A stretch of 64,000 bases of DNA from an uncultured Trueperaceae bacterium (GTDB lineage Bacteria > Deinococcota > Deinococci > Deinococcales > Trueperaceae): NCBI GenBank assembly GCA_963727505.1, contig CAVSGP010000009.1, positions 96,001 to 160,000 on the forward strand, in the 5' to 3' direction. This document shows, in pieces, positions 16,641-26,949 of this stretch; the first letter of the stretch is position 1, and every line of letters starts with the position of its first letter. Both the position numbers and the translations under genes were made by a program. A model generated the notes under the pieces. The model was not told the origin of the DNA. It was given only the letters and a program-made list of their open reading frames with translations, and ran no database searches.

Positions 16641-18158
16641 ATGAGAAAGTCGCTCTTACTCCTCTTAGCCGGGGTCGCGCTGTCGTTCGGCGCTGCGTTC
16701 GCCGCCAGCGGCACGGTCAGCGTTGCGATGTCCGGGAACGCCATCACACTCAACCCCGGGGACACCAACGGCAACCTCGATTTCTCCATCCAGCGCCCCA
16801 TCTACGAAGGCCTGGTCGGCTTCGACAAGGACGGCAAGCTCGTCCCCGAGCTGGCTACCTCCTGGACGGCCAGCTCGGACGCGACGGTGTTCACGTTCGA
16901 TCTGCGCAAGGGTGTGACCTTCCAGGACGGCACGCCGTTCAACGCCGAGGCCGTAAAGACCTACTTCGACTGGGTCATCGATCCCGCCAACCATTTCGTG
17001 CGCGAGAGCCTGTACAACGTCATCAAGTCGATCGACGTGGTGTCGGAGTACCAGGTCAAGTTCACGCTCTCCAAGCCCTTCGGCGCGATGCTCTTCACAT
17101 TCGCGCACCCTGCCGGGCGCATCGTCAGTCCTGCTGCCATCAAGAAGTACGGCAAGGACGTGGCGAAGCACCCCGTAGGTACCGGTCCCTTCGAGTTCGT
17201 GAGCTGGACGCCGGGCCAGAAGGTGGTCCTGAAGGCCAACCCCAGCTACTGGGGTGACGCGCCGCAGGTCGCCAACCTGCAGTTCCTGTTCGTGCCCAAC
17301 GCCGCGACGCGCGTGGCTATGCTGCAGAGCGGCGAGGCGCAGTTCATCGAGGACCTCCCGCCGCAGCTCGTCGACCCCATCAAGGCCGACAGCAACCTGA
17401 CGGTCAGCGCCCAGCCGAGCATCTACGTGCGCTACATGGCGATGAACACGCAGGCCAAGCCGTTCAACGATCAGCGCGTGCGTCAGGCGCTGAACTACGC
17501 GGTGGACAAGAAGACCATCGTCGACGTCATCACCAAGGGCTACGGCACCGCGTTGACGGCTCCGATCGCCGAGCAGGTGACGGGCTACGCCAAGCAGACG
17601 CCGTACGCCTACAATCCCGAGAAGGCCAAGCAGCTGCTGGCCGAGGCCGGCTATCCCAACGGCTTCACCTTCACCATCGACTCGCTCAACAGCACCGGCT
17701 ACCAGCAGATCGATCAGGTGCTGCAGCAGATGTTCGCGAAGGTGGGCGTGACCGCCAAGATCAACCCGATGGAGAGCGGCACGTTCTCCAGCACGGTGTT
17801 CGCGCCGTTCGACAAGACCACCCTCCAGGCAGTCGTCATCGGCTGGTCCCCGTCGACCGGTGACGCCGACTGGGGCCTGCGCCCGCTGTTCGACAAGGCC
17901 TCCTGGCCGCCCGATCTGTACAACCTGGCGTTCTACGACAACCCCAACGTCAACAAGCTGATCGCCGACGGCCTCAGCACGGCCAATCAGGACATCCGCA
18001 ACCAGGCCTATGCCTCCGCCGAGAAGACCATCTGGAACGATGCTCCCTGGGTCTTCCTGTACAGCCCCTACAACATCGCGGGTATCTCCGCGAAGTTGAA
18101 CGGCGTCTTCTACATGCCCGACGGCACGGTGGACGCCCGGGCGGCCAGCCTGCAGTAA
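16641..18158 (+). CDS. gsiB: Peptide/glutathione ABC substrate-binding protein (GsiB/DppA family)
   Basis: LRKGVTFQDGTPFNAEAV, PVGTGPF; GsiB-like GWSPSTGDADWGLRPLF..SWPP.LYN.AFY; GGAGG RBS. Confidence 0.8.
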   Translation: MRKSLLLLLAGVALSFGAAFAASGTVSVAMSGNAITLNPGDTNGNLDFSIQRPIYEGLVGFDKDGKLVPELATSWTASSDATVFTFDLRKGVTFQDGTPFNAEAVKTYFDWVIDPANHFVRESLYNVIKSIDVVSEYQVKFTLSKPFGAMLFTFAHPAGRIVSPAAIKKYGKDVAKHPVGTGPFEFVSWTPGQKVVLKANPSYWGDAPQVANLQFLFVPNAATRVAMLQSGEAQFIEDLPPQLVDPIKADSNLTVSAQPSIYVRYMAMNTQAKPFNDQRVRQALNYAVDKKTIVDVITKGYGTALTAPIAEQVTGYAKQTPYAYNPEKAKQLLAEAGYPNGFTFTIDSLNSTGYQQIDQVLQQMFAKVGVTAKINPMESGTFSSTVFAPFDKTTLQAVVIGWSPSTGDADWGLRPLFDKASWPPDLYNLAFYDNPNVNKLIADGLSTANQDIRNQAYASAEKTIWNDAPWVFLYSPYNIAGISAKLNGVFYMPDGTVDARAASLQ

Positions 18159-18224
18159 GTTCCTGACGTGCGGAGAGCCGGCCCGCTACGGCTGGCCGGC
18201 TCCCGCTCGTTGACCTTATTCATC

Positions 18225-19145
18225 ATGTGGCGCTATCTGATCCGTCGACTGCTCGAGCTCATCCCGACGCTGATCGGTGTCTCGATCGCGGTCTTTCTCT
18301 TCATCCATGCCATCCCAGGTGACCCTGCCCGCCTGGCGGCTGGACAGGATGCCTCGCTCGCCGACGTCGAGGCGATGCGCGTGCGCCTGGGACTCAACCA
18401 CAGCCTGCCGGTCCAGTACCTTTACTTCCTCCGGAATGCCGCCCACGGCGATTTCGGGCTCTCCTTTCGCCAGCAGGTGCCGGTGCTTCAGGTGGTGCGC
18501 GAGCACTTCATGCCCACCCTTCTGCTTTCGACGAGCGCCATCGTCATCGCGTTCGTCTTCGGCTTGTTGTCGGGGGTGATGGCGGCGACGCGCCGCAACT
18601 CCTGGTTCGACCTGGTGATCACGGGGCTCTCCGCCACCGGCATCAGCATCCCATCGTTCTTCCTCGGGATCCTGCTCATCTATCTGTTCGCCGTCGATCT
18701 TCACTGGTTCCCGGTCACCGGGAGCGTGAGCCTGCGCGGGCTCGTGCTGCCCTCGGTGAGCCTTGCTCTGGCGCCGCTCGCCACCATCGCGCGCTTCGTG
18801 CGCTCGAGCTTCCTGGAGGTCTCGGGCGAGGACTTCGTGCGCACGGCCAGTGCCAAGGGGCTCGGCTATGCCGCCGTCACCTACAAGCACGCGCTGCGTA
18901 ACGCCCTGATCCCCGTGGTGACCATGACCGGGCTCCAGTTCGGCTTCCTGCTCGGCGGGGCGGTCGTCATCGAGACGGTGTTCAACTTCACGGGCCTGGG
19001 CTGGCTGCTGATCCAGTCGATCGGCTTTCGCGACTACGCCGTGCTCCAGGTCCTGCTGCTGCTCTTCGCGTTGGAGTTCATGCTGGTGAACCTGCTGGTT
19101 GACGTCACCTATGGCGCACTGGACCCGAGGATCCGCTATGACTAG
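18225..19145 (+). CDS. gsiC: Peptide/glutathione ABC permease (GsiC/DppB)
   Basis: IPGDPAR, GDFGLSF, DFVRTASAKGL, HALRNALIP. Confidence 0.8.
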   Translation: MWRYLIRRLLELIPTLIGVSIAVFLFIHAIPGDPARLAAGQDASLADVEAMRVRLGLNHSLPVQYLYFLRNAAHGDFGLSFRQQVPVLQVVREHFMPTLLLSTSAIVIAFVFGLLSGVMAATRRNSWFDLVITGLSATGISIPSFFLGILLIYLFAVDLHWFPVTGSVSLRGLVLPSVSLALAPLATIARFVRSSFLEVSGEDFVRTASAKGLGYAAVTYKHALRNALIPVVTMTGLQFGFLLGGAVVIETVFNFTGLGWLLIQSIGFRDYAVLQVLLLLFALEFMLVNLLVDVTYGALDPRIRYD

Positions 19146-20007
19146 CGCAGCGTCCGCCGCTCCCGCCCGCGAGAGCCGGGGCCGCGACCTGTGGCGGCGC
19201 TTCCGGCGCCATCGCAGCGGCATGGCGGGCCTCGCGCTGACGGCCGTGTTCGTGCTGATGGCGATCTTCGGCCACCTTCTGGCGCCCTACGACCCGGCCC
19301 AGGCCGACTACCTGCACCTCAACGCTCCGCTCTCGGCTACGCACTGGCTGGGCACCGACAACTACGGCCGCGATATCTTCAGCCGGACGCTGGTCGGGGC
19401 ACGCTACTCGCTCAGCATCGGCGTCCTGGCGACGGCTTTCAGCGCGCTGATCGGCAGCCTGTGGGGGCTGCTCGCCGGCTACCTGAGTGGCTGGTTCGAT
19501 ACCCTCTCGGGGCGTGTCATCGACATCATGCTGGCCTTCCCGGGCCTGCTCCTGGCGATCGGCATCATCGCGATCGCCGGGCCCGGTTTTCGCAACGTCA
19601 TCCTCGCCACGACCATCTTCGGCATCCCGATCTTCGCGCGGCTGGTCCGCGGGTCGGCGCTGGCGCTCAAGGAGCGCGCCTACGTGGAAGCGAGCCAGGC
19701 GCTGGCGGCCAGCTCCGCGCGCATCATGTTCCGGCACGTGCTGCCCAACATCTTGGCACCGATCCTGGTGTACATCACGTTGCGCGTCGGCACGGTGATC
19801 CTCATCGCGGCGTCGCTGTCGTTCCTGGGTCTCGGGGTCCAACCGCCGACGCCCGAGTGGGGCGCCATGCTCAGCGAAGCTCAGCTCTACCTGGCCATCG
19901 ATCCCATCATGGCGATCGCGCCCGGCGTGGCGATCAGTCTCGCCGTCCTGGGCTTCAATCTGCTGGGCGACGGTCTGCGCGACGTGCTCGATCCGCGCAT
20001 CCGCTGA
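19138..20007 (+). CDS. gsiD: Peptide/glutathione ABC permease (GsiD/DppC)
   Basis: HWLGTDNYGRDIFSR, LSFLGLG.QPPTPEWG, NLLGDGLRDVLDP. Confidence 0.8.
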   Translation: MTSAASAAPARESRGRDLWRRFRRHRSGMAGLALTAVFVLMAIFGHLLAPYDPAQADYLHLNAPLSATHWLGTDNYGRDIFSRTLVGARYSLSIGVLATAFSALIGSLWGLLAGYLSGWFDTLSGRVIDIMLAFPGLLLAIGIIAIAGPGFRNVILATTIFGIPIFARLVRGSALALKERAYVEASQALAASSARIMFRHVLPNILAPILVYITLRVGTVILIAASLSFLGLGVQPPTPEWGAMLSEAQLYLAIDPIMAIAPGVAISLAVLGFNLLGDGLRDVLDPRIR

Positions 20008-20055
20008 CCCAGACGGCATCACGGCCGCACACGGCATCGTGGTAACGCGTCGGGG

Positions 20056-21282
20056 TCATCCGACGGTCTGTTCATCGGAGCCCGGAGCAGGCTCCAGCCG
20101 CCGCTGCGACCGTTGTCGTCGGAACGGAACGGGCACCTGCATCGCCGGCAAGTCGGGTTGCGGCACCGTCATCGGGACGGGTTCCGACTCCCAGCCCGCG
20201 CCGGGCTCATGGCGACGGAAACGGAAGACGGCGAGGCTCGCGACGGTGACCAGCGCCAGCAACTCCAGGGCGATCACGGTGAGCCGCGAGGCGCCGCCGG
20301 AGGGTGCGGCATCGGGGGTGCTCGGGTCGGGGGTGCTCGGGTCGGGGGCGGCCGGCCCCGGGGCTCCCGCTCCGGGGGCCTCGGCTCCCTCGGCGCTCGT
20401 GCCGGGAGTGCCGCCGGCTGCAGGTCCGGAGATCGTGGCCACGGCGCGGGTGCCGGCGTCGGAGAGCACGCCGGGGATCCTCGGCGCCAGGGCGGAGACG
20501 GCGAGGGTGCCCGACGCGGTTCCCAGGCGAGGATTGAAGGGTTCCAGCGTGCCGATCGTAGCGCCGTCGGGTGCGATGTAGCTGGGATCGGCGCCGGCTC
20601 GCAAGAGCGCGTCGACGATGGCGGGCGTGCCGTCGCGTGCGGCGAACAGCAGAGGCGTCCAGCCGCGCTGCGTGATGTGGTTCGGGTCGGCGCCGCCGCG
20701 CAGCAGCGCTCGCACGGCGTCCAGATTGCGGCCGTCGATGGCCATGACGAGGGGGGTGCGGCTACGGGCGTCGACCGGATCGGCGCCGTGGCAGGCGATG
20801 GCGGTGGCCATGGCCGCGTAGGCAGCGGGAGCGAGCGAGGTCAGGCGCGCGTCGTCGAACAGGGCTTCGGTCCTGAGGCATGCCACGTTGAAGGCGCTCT
20901 GCCGGTCGAAGGCGAAGCTCAGCGTCGCGGCGATGGCGCCCGGTGACGCGCGGCTCCTGTCGAGCCGCAGCTGATACGAAGTGTTGCTCACGACGAACGC
21001 GAGGGAAGACGGCGCTCCTTGCCGGTCGATCGAGCCGGCGCCAGGCAAGGCGCGTACGAAGGCCAGCACATCGGCGTAGGCGCTGCGCTTGCTCGAAGTC
21101 CGCGGGATCAACACGCAGGTGCGCGCCACCTGGTGGAACGGGCAATCCAGATAGGTGGCCGTCGGAGCGAACTGCGCTTCCAGCGCAGGCGCGACCCCGG
21201 CGGCATCGAGAGCGTGGGCCAGCGGTGCGAGCGCCAGGAGCATGGTGAAGAGTGCACGATGTGCGTTTCGTAGATGATGCAT
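20056..21282 (-). CDS. Exported ankyrin-repeat protein with Pro-rich linker and C-terminal membrane anchor
   Basis: Signal peptide AHA|L; TPLVMA..LLRGGADPN, GWTPLLFAA..LLRAGADP; PDPST x2; TM followed by RFRR. Confidence 0.75.
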   Translation of the reverse strand: MHHLRNAHRALFTMLLALAPLAHALDAAGVAPALEAQFAPTATYLDCPFHQVARTCVLIPRTSSKRSAYADVLAFVRALPGAGSIDRQGAPSSLAFVVSNTSYQLRLDRSRASPGAIAATLSFAFDRQSAFNVACLRTEALFDDARLTSLAPAAYAAMATAIACHGADPVDARSRTPLVMAIDGRNLDAVRALLRGGADPNHITQRGWTPLLFAARDGTPAIVDALLRAGADPSYIAPDGATIGTLEPFNPRLGTASGTLAVSALAPRIPGVLSDAGTRAVATISGPAAGGTPGTSAEGAEAPGAGAPGPAAPDPSTPDPSTPDAAPSGGASRLTVIALELLALVTVASLAVFRFRRHEPGAGWESEPVPMTVPQPDLPAMQVPVPFRRQRSQRRLEPAPGSDEQTVG

Positions 21283-21437
21283 GAAGGGCCTGCCCACAAC
21301 GAGGTTAGGCCGTCCAGGCCGCGCTGGTTGTGAGTACCTTCCCTTCTTCCGCTCGGTTGACCCTCGATACCCAGTGGGGCTATGGTTGCGTGCATACCGA
21401 GTTGCGCTACGGTCTTGCAATCTCGAGGAGGTAGGGC

Positions 21438-22130
21438 ATGAAGATTCGAGGATGGATCTTGCTGGCGGGGGGTGTGGTCGCGGGGACTGCCGTGGCAGCC
21501 GGGCTGACCCTGCAGGCGAAGCCGATCACGGTGGCGGCGTCGGGCTATGCGGTCCCCGAGGTGTCGTCGGTGGCCAACGGCCAGAGCACCCCGCTCAAGA
21601 GCGAGGGGCCGGACGCTGAGGCCGGCGACTGGACCTTCCAGCCGACGCACACCGTCACGGAAGCGGGTAGCGAGGGCGAAGTCCAAGGTGTCGCCACCTT
21701 CTTCTCCGGGCCCAACTACAAGCCTGCGTTCCCGAACATCCTGCTGCCGAACGCCGACAGCGGTACCACGACGGTCACGCTGGGTTACCAGAGCAGCACC
21801 GTCGATGTCCCGGTCACGGTGACGCCCGCTCCCGCGCCGGACGTGAAGAACGGCAAGCAGCTCTACGACCAGAACTGCGCCATGTGCCACGGCGCCACGG
21901 CCCAGGGCCAGGGCGACTTCCCCAACCTCACGTACACCGACGCCGGCATCGGGGGCTGGTCGGTGTCGCAGTTCAACCGCTCTGTGCGCGTCGGAGTCGA
22001 CGACGTCGGTGCCACCTTGGAGCAGACCATGCCGCGCTGGCAGGCCAACGGCTTCAAGACCGACTTCGGTCATCCGCCGTCGGCGCAGGAGGTCAGCGAC
22101 ATCTTCGGGTACCTCAAGACGCTGCAGTAG
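21438..22130 (+). CDS. Secreted monoheme cytochrome c with N-terminal beta-rich extension
   Basis: GKQLYDQNCAMCHG, MPRW axial Met; GAGGAGG RBS; TTGACC-N18-TATGGT upstream. Confidence 0.85.
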   Translation: MKIRGWILLAGGVVAGTAVAAGLTLQAKPITVAASGYAVPEVSSVANGQSTPLKSEGPDAEAGDWTFQPTHTVTEAGSEGEVQGVATFFSGPNYKPAFPNILLPNADSGTTTVTLGYQSSTVDVPVTVTPAPAPDVKNGKQLYDQNCAMCHGATAQGQGDFPNLTYTDAGIGGWSVSQFNRSVRVGVDDVGATLEQTMPRWQANGFKTDFGHPPSAQEVSDIFGYLKTLQ

Positions 22131-22153
22131 GCGCCCCGTTCCACCGGAACGCA

Positions 22154-22191
22154 GGAAAGCTCCGCGGCCGCGACCGGCCACGGAGCTTTCC
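22154..22191. terminator. Hairpin between convergent genes
   Basis: GGAAAGCTCCG...CGGAGCTTTCC inverted repeat. Confidence 0.65.
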
Positions 22192-22199
22192 ATGGCCCG

Positions 22200-23699
22200 C
22201 TACTCCAGGTGCGGCCGGGGAAGCAGCAGGGTCAGCACGGCGGTGGCGAGCGTGAACAGGAAGACGACCAGGTAGACCCGGTGAAGGCCCAACGACAGGC
22301 TCCCGCGAAGCACGTCCATCACGGGGCTGCCGCCGGCGGCCGCGGGGCCTCGCTCCAGCAGGTTCTGGACGCTGTCCACCGACACCTTGCCCTCTAGGCC
22401 ATGCTGCGCGATGCTGTGACGCAGGCTGAGGTTGAGCGTTCCCCCCAGGAGCGCCGCTCCCATGGCGTTGCCCAGGATGCGCATGAACATGTTCGTAGCG
22501 GTGGCGACGCCGCGCCGGGCCCAGCCCACGCTGCTCTGAATGGCGACGATGAAGGTGGTCGAGAGGAAGCCCATGCCGACCCCCATGAACAGCGACGAGA
22601 CGCTCGCCCACAGCGGGCCCAGCGACGGGCGCATCAGGATGAACAGCACGCCGGCGAGCAGGCCGGAGGCCCCACCGATGCGGGCGGTGGCGCGTGCGCC
22701 GAGCGGAACCAGCAGCCTCCCGGCCAGGACCGACGCGATGGGCCAGCCGATCGACATGCTCGTCAGGGTGAAGCCGGCGATGAGCGGGGAGCGGCCCATG
22801 ATGCCCTGCACGTAGGTCGGCAGATAGGTGATCAGTCCTATCATCATCACGCCGGACGTCAGGGTGGCGAGATTGGACCGGGCGATGAGCGGGTCGCGCC
22901 ACTGCGCCAGGTCGATCATCGGCTCGGAGGCGCGTCGCTCGTTGAACAGGAACGCCCCGAGACCGAGCAGGGATACGGCCAGCAGCACGCTCAGGCGGGT
23001 CGCGCTCCACTGTCCTGCCTCGGTGAGCACCAGCATGAGCGCGGCCATCGCCACCAGGAACAGGCCCGCGCCGAGGCCGTCGATGCGATGTCGGCGCATC
23101 TGCACGTCCTCGTGCAGGAACAGGGTCACGCCCAAGATGGCGAGCAGCCCGAACGGCACGTTGAGCCAGAAGATCCAGGACCAGTGCGCGTACTGGACGA
23201 TCAGACCGCCGACCAGCGGCCCCACCACCGCGGACACGCCCCAGACACTGGAGAGGTAGCCCTGCACGCGGGCGCGTTCGCGCAGCGCGAAAAGGTCGCC
23301 GGCCAGCGTCGTGACCGTAGGGTAGACAGCGCCCGCGCCCAGCCCCTGGATGAAGCGGAAGGCCACCAGCGTGACCATCGACGGCGCGAGCCCACACAGC
23401 ACCGAGCCCACCAGGAACACCATCACGCCTCCGACGAAGACGGGCTTGCGGCCGTAGAGGTCGGCCAGCTTCCCGAACATCGGGGTCGTGATCGCCTGCA
23501 TCAGCAGAAAGGCCGAGAAGACCCAGCTGTACAGCGCGAACCCCCCGAGACTGGCTGCGATGCTGGGCATGGCCGTGGCGACGATCGTGCCCTCGATCGC
23601 CGCCATGAACATCGCCAGGACCAACGAAGCGAGCACCCAGGAGCGGCGCGTCGGCCGCCCCTGCGCGGGAGCGCCGGGGGGACCCGCCTCCACGTTCAC
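22200..23699 (-). CDS. MFS multidrug transporter (DHA2/EmrB-like)
   Basis: TIVATAMPSI, GKLADLYGRK, RFIQGLG, W.WIFWLNVP; GTGA overlap. Confidence 0.9.
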   Translation of the reverse strand: MNVEAGPPGAPAQGRPTRRSWVLASLVLAMFMAAIEGTIVATAMPSIAASLGGFALYSWVFSAFLLMQAITTPMFGKLADLYGRKPVFVGGVMVFLVGSVLCGLAPSMVTLVAFRFIQGLGAGAVYPTVTTLAGDLFALRERARVQGYLSSVWGVSAVVGPLVGGLIVQYAHWSWIFWLNVPFGLLAILGVTLFLHEDVQMRRHRIDGLGAGLFLVAMAALMLVLTEAGQWSATRLSVLLAVSLLGLGAFLFNERRASEPMIDLAQWRDPLIARSNLATLTSGVMMIGLITYLPTYVQGIMGRSPLIAGFTLTSMSIGWPIASVLAGRLLVPLGARATARIGGASGLLAGVLFILMRPSLGPLWASVSSLFMGVGMGFLSTTFIVAIQSSVGWARRGVATATNMFMRILGNAMGAALLGGTLNLSLRHSIAQHGLEGKVSVDSVQNLLERGPAAAGGSPVMDVLRGSLSLGLHRVYLVVFLFTLATAVLTLLLPRPHLE

Positions 23700-24922
23700 G
23701 CGGTGTGCCGCATGGCCTCCACCGGCTCGATGCGGGTGGCTAGCAGCGCTGGCCAGAGTGCGGCCGCGATCGCCGTTACCAACGCGAAGATCAGGGCGAA
23801 TGTGACCTGGCCGGCGCTCACGCTCGGGTACAGGACGGGGGAGATCCCGAGTGCAGCGTAGAGGCCCTCGAATCCGGGCAGGGTGAAGCCCGGCGCCAGG
23901 GCCGCCACGGCGCCCAACCCGGCGGCCAGCCCCACGGCCGCTCCGGTCAGGCACAGCAACACGCTCTCGCTCAGGATCATGAGTAGCACCTGCCTCCCTT
24001 CGGCGCCGAGCGCGATGATTAGGCCGAACTCGCGCACACGTTCGATGAGGCTGAGGTAGACGGTGTTCAGGACCAGCAGCCCCGCAAGGACGTAGAAGAT
24101 CAGGGACATGCCGTACAGGATAGGGTTCATCACCTTCACCAGGCCCAGCAGCGTGGGATCGAGCTCACGCCACGTCTCGACGGCGTACCCGGGACCCAGC
24201 GCTTGCCCGAGGCGATCGGCGGTGGCGTTGACGACGCTCTCCGAGCGCATGTCGTGCAGAGACGGGAAGTGGAGCTCGAAGCGCCCGACGGCGTCCGGGG
24301 CGGCGAGCTCCTGGGCGGCTGCGAGGGAGAGGTAGGCCGTGCCGGCCTCGGATGTGGGGTCGTCGAGGTGGACGAGGCCGCGCACACGGTAGAGCGCGGC
24401 GCCGATCCCCTCTGTGCCCGGGGCGTACACCGACACGTCGTCGCCGATGCCGACGTGGAGAGCGTCGGCGAGCGCGGCGCCGAGCACGATGTCGCTGCGG
24501 TCGCCCGGCGGCACGAAGCTGCCGGCGACCAGCGTCCGCCCGCTGCCGCCCGCACCCAGCGCCGACGGCCAGTCCTCGCCGAGGACGGCGGTTCCACGCG
24601 AGCGCGACGTGCTCCCGACCAGCGCAGGCACCTGCAGGACACCGAAGACGACGGCGCCGGGCGCCGCCTTGGCGATGGCGGTCTGCAGCGCGTTGGCGGG
24701 CCGAAGCAACCGGTCGCGGAGGTCGACGAGGTCGCGGTAGCCGGCGACGTGCACCTGCAGGTGCCCGGCGCGCTGCGTGACGTCCTGGTAGAAGGAGTTG
24801 GTGAGCGCGCCGCCCATGCTGTAGAAGAGGATCGAGATCAGCACCACCAGGGCGACCGCTGCGGCGGTGGTCAGGCTGCGCCGCCGCTGGCGCCAGAGGT
24901 TGCGCCACGCCAGGCTCAGCAC
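23696..24922 (-). CDS. FtsX/LolE-like ABC permease
   Basis: LAWRNLWRQRRRS, ERVREFG, IEPVEAMR. Confidence 0.88.
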   Translation of the reverse strand: MLSLAWRNLWRQRRRSLTTAAAVALVVLISILFYSMGGALTNSFYQDVTQRAGHLQVHVAGYRDLVDLRDRLLRPANALQTAIAKAAPGAVVFGVLQVPALVGSTSRSRGTAVLGEDWPSALGAGGSGRTLVAGSFVPPGDRSDIVLGAALADALHVGIGDDVSVYAPGTEGIGAALYRVRGLVHLDDPTSEAGTAYLSLAAAQELAAPDAVGRFELHFPSLHDMRSESVVNATADRLGQALGPGYAVETWRELDPTLLGLVKVMNPILYGMSLIFYVLAGLLVLNTVYLSLIERVREFGLIIALGAEGRQVLLMILSESVLLCLTGAAVGLAAGLGAVAALAPGFTLPGFEGLYAALGISPVLYPSVSAGQVTFALIFALVTAIAAALWPALLATRIEPVEAMRHTA

Positions 24923-24959
24923 GGGGCGCCTCCCGGCTTCTCGAGGACCTGGACGAAGC

Positions 24960-26186
24960 TCACGGCGCCCGTAGGGCCTCGGCGGGCTGCAGCCGTCGCA
25001 GCCGGCGGGCGGGGGCCAGCGCCGCGAACAGCGCCGCCAGGACGATGGTGATGGAGGCCCAACCGAGGTAGGCGACCGACGTGGCGAAGTAGATCTCGTC
25101 GCCCAGCGCGACGTCCTTGAGGATATTGCCGTAGAAGGACATGATGACCGGCCCGACCAGGTTCACCCGGCTCAGCAGGAAGTCGATGCTGTAACCGAGC
25201 GTCGCGCCGACGATCAGACCGAGCGTGGCGGTGAAGGTCGCCTCGAACGTCACCATCCAGGCGAGGCTGCCCTGGTAGAGGCCCAGCGAGGCGGCTACCC
25301 CGAACTCGCGAGTACGCTCGAACACGCTCACCACTACGGTGCTGAGGACCGTGACCGCTGCGAAGATCGAGAAGATCAGCGCCATCGGGATCATCGAGCG
25401 GCGCTTGGCCTCGATGCCGCTCATGAGGCCCGACAGCATGTCCTGAACGCTGTACGCGCGCACGCCAGGGGGAAGGACGCCGTTACGGTCGAGGAGCGCG
25501 GCAGTGGGCCGTTCGGAGCGGTAGGGAACGTCGAGGGCCAGGCCGGTGGCCGTGGTCACGCCGGTGAGCTGGCGGGCGTCGTCGATGTCGATCATCACCG
25601 TCGAGCGGTCCACGAAGCTGATGCCCGAGCGCACGAGACCGACCACCCGCAGTCCCAGTGCCTGTGGCCCGGCCAGCGACTGGGCATCCACGACCAGGCG
25701 CTCGCCCACGCGCACATCGAGCTGCCGGGCCAGTTCGCTGCCCAGCACGATCTCACCCGGCCCGGCAACCATCCGGCCGGTGCCGATGGCGGAGGGGACG
25801 TTGCTCACCTTGGCTTCCTGTTGCGGCTCCACCCCACGGACCTGTGCTCCCAGGGCGGTGTAGGGCGAGCGCAGCAGCCCCGGGAAGGTGAGGCGTGCCG
25901 CGACGGCGCCAACACGGGGCTGGCGCGCGACCTCGGAGCGGAAGGCGAGCTCGGGTAGGGCGTTCTGAGGATCGGGATCGGCACGGTAGGCCGTGCTCGT
26001 GATCAGCACCGGAGCGCTGGCGTAGCGTCCCTGACTGCTCAACAGGGAGGCGACGAAGCCGTCATAGAAGCCCCAGAAGAGGATGATCGCGAGCGTGGCG
26101 TAGGCCACGACGACGAGCAGCAGCAACGTGCGGCTGCGGTGCCTCCACAGGTTGCGCCACGCGAGTCGGGCGACCGAGTACGCCAC
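24960..26186 (-). CDS. FtsX/LolE-like ABC permease
   Basis: LAWRNLWRHRSRT, ERTREFG, LQPAEALR; GGAGG RBS. Confidence 0.88.
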   Translation of the reverse strand: MAYSVARLAWRNLWRHRSRTLLLLVVVAYATLAIILFWGFYDGFVASLLSSQGRYASAPVLITSTAYRADPDPQNALPELAFRSEVARQPRVGAVAARLTFPGLLRSPYTALGAQVRGVEPQQEAKVSNVPSAIGTGRMVAGPGEIVLGSELARQLDVRVGERLVVDAQSLAGPQALGLRVVGLVRSGISFVDRSTVMIDIDDARQLTGVTTATGLALDVPYRSERPTAALLDRNGVLPPGVRAYSVQDMLSGLMSGIEAKRRSMIPMALIFSIFAAVTVLSTVVVSVFERTREFGVAASLGLYQGSLAWMVTFEATFTATLGLIVGATLGYSIDFLLSRVNLVGPVIMSFYGNILKDVALGDEIYFATSVAYLGWASITIVLAALFAALAPARRLRRLQPAEALRAP

Positions 26187-26298
26187 GCACACCCCTCCGG
26201 CCGCCGGCACGGTGTGCCGCGACCGACACCATGGTAGCGCCTTCGTCGCGTGCCGTACGGGTCGACTGTCCTGGCGAAGGCCCGGGGGTGGGGGACGC

Positions 26299-26949
26299 TC
26301 AGGCCTCGAGGGCCACGAACCAGGCCGCCAGGCGCGCCACATCCTCCTGCGTGAGGTTGTGGCCGGCATCCAGGACGGCGTCCTCCACGGAGGCGCCGGC
26401 GCCCTCCAGTAGCGCGGGAAGGCCGTGCCCGGCCGTTCGGTAGGGATCGTTCCTTCCAAGCAGCACCAGTACCTCGGTGCCACGGAGGTCCGGCGTCGGC
26501 GGGTGCTCGAACGGTTGTACGGCCCTCAGAAGCGCGAGTGCGCCGAACGCGGAGGGGTCCAGGAGCTGGGCGGCCAGTGCGATGTTGGCGCCGTTCGAGT
26601 AGCCGAGTGCGGCGCGCGGGAGGTCCTTGGCGGCATAGTGTGCCGCAGCGGTCTCGACGAACCGGGCGAGCGCCTCGGCCTCCGATGCGAGATGCTCCTG
26701 GTCGTAACGGAGCGCGTCGAAGCGGCGGAAGTAGCGCGTGACGCCCTCCTCGCTCGAGCGCCCGCGCACCCCGACGAGAAGGTGATCGGGGGCCACGGCC
26801 TGACCCAGGCCCAGCAGGCTGGTCTCGTCGCCACCGGTGCCGTGAAGCAGGAAGAGCACGCCGCGGGCGGGGCCGCGGGCCGGCTCGTGAACGGTGTGGA
26901 CCCAGTCACCGAGGATGCCGTCGGTGTCCGCGCCGGCCGCACCGCTCAT
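26299..26949 (-). CDS. Phospholipase/carboxylesterase (MhqD-like alpha/beta hydrolase)
   Basis: LLHGTGGDE, RYFRR, GYSNGAN, GRND, GH motifs. Confidence 0.85.
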   Translation of the reverse strand: MSGAAGADTDGILGDWVHTVHEPARGPARGVLFLLHGTGGDETSLLGLGQAVAPDHLLVGVRGRSSEEGVTRYFRRFDALRYDQEHLASEAEALARFVETAAAHYAAKDLPRAALGYSNGANIALAAQLLDPSAFGALALLRAVQPFEHPPTPDLRGTEVLVLLGRNDPYRTAGHGLPALLEGAGASVEDAVLDAGHNLTQEDVARLAAWFVALEA

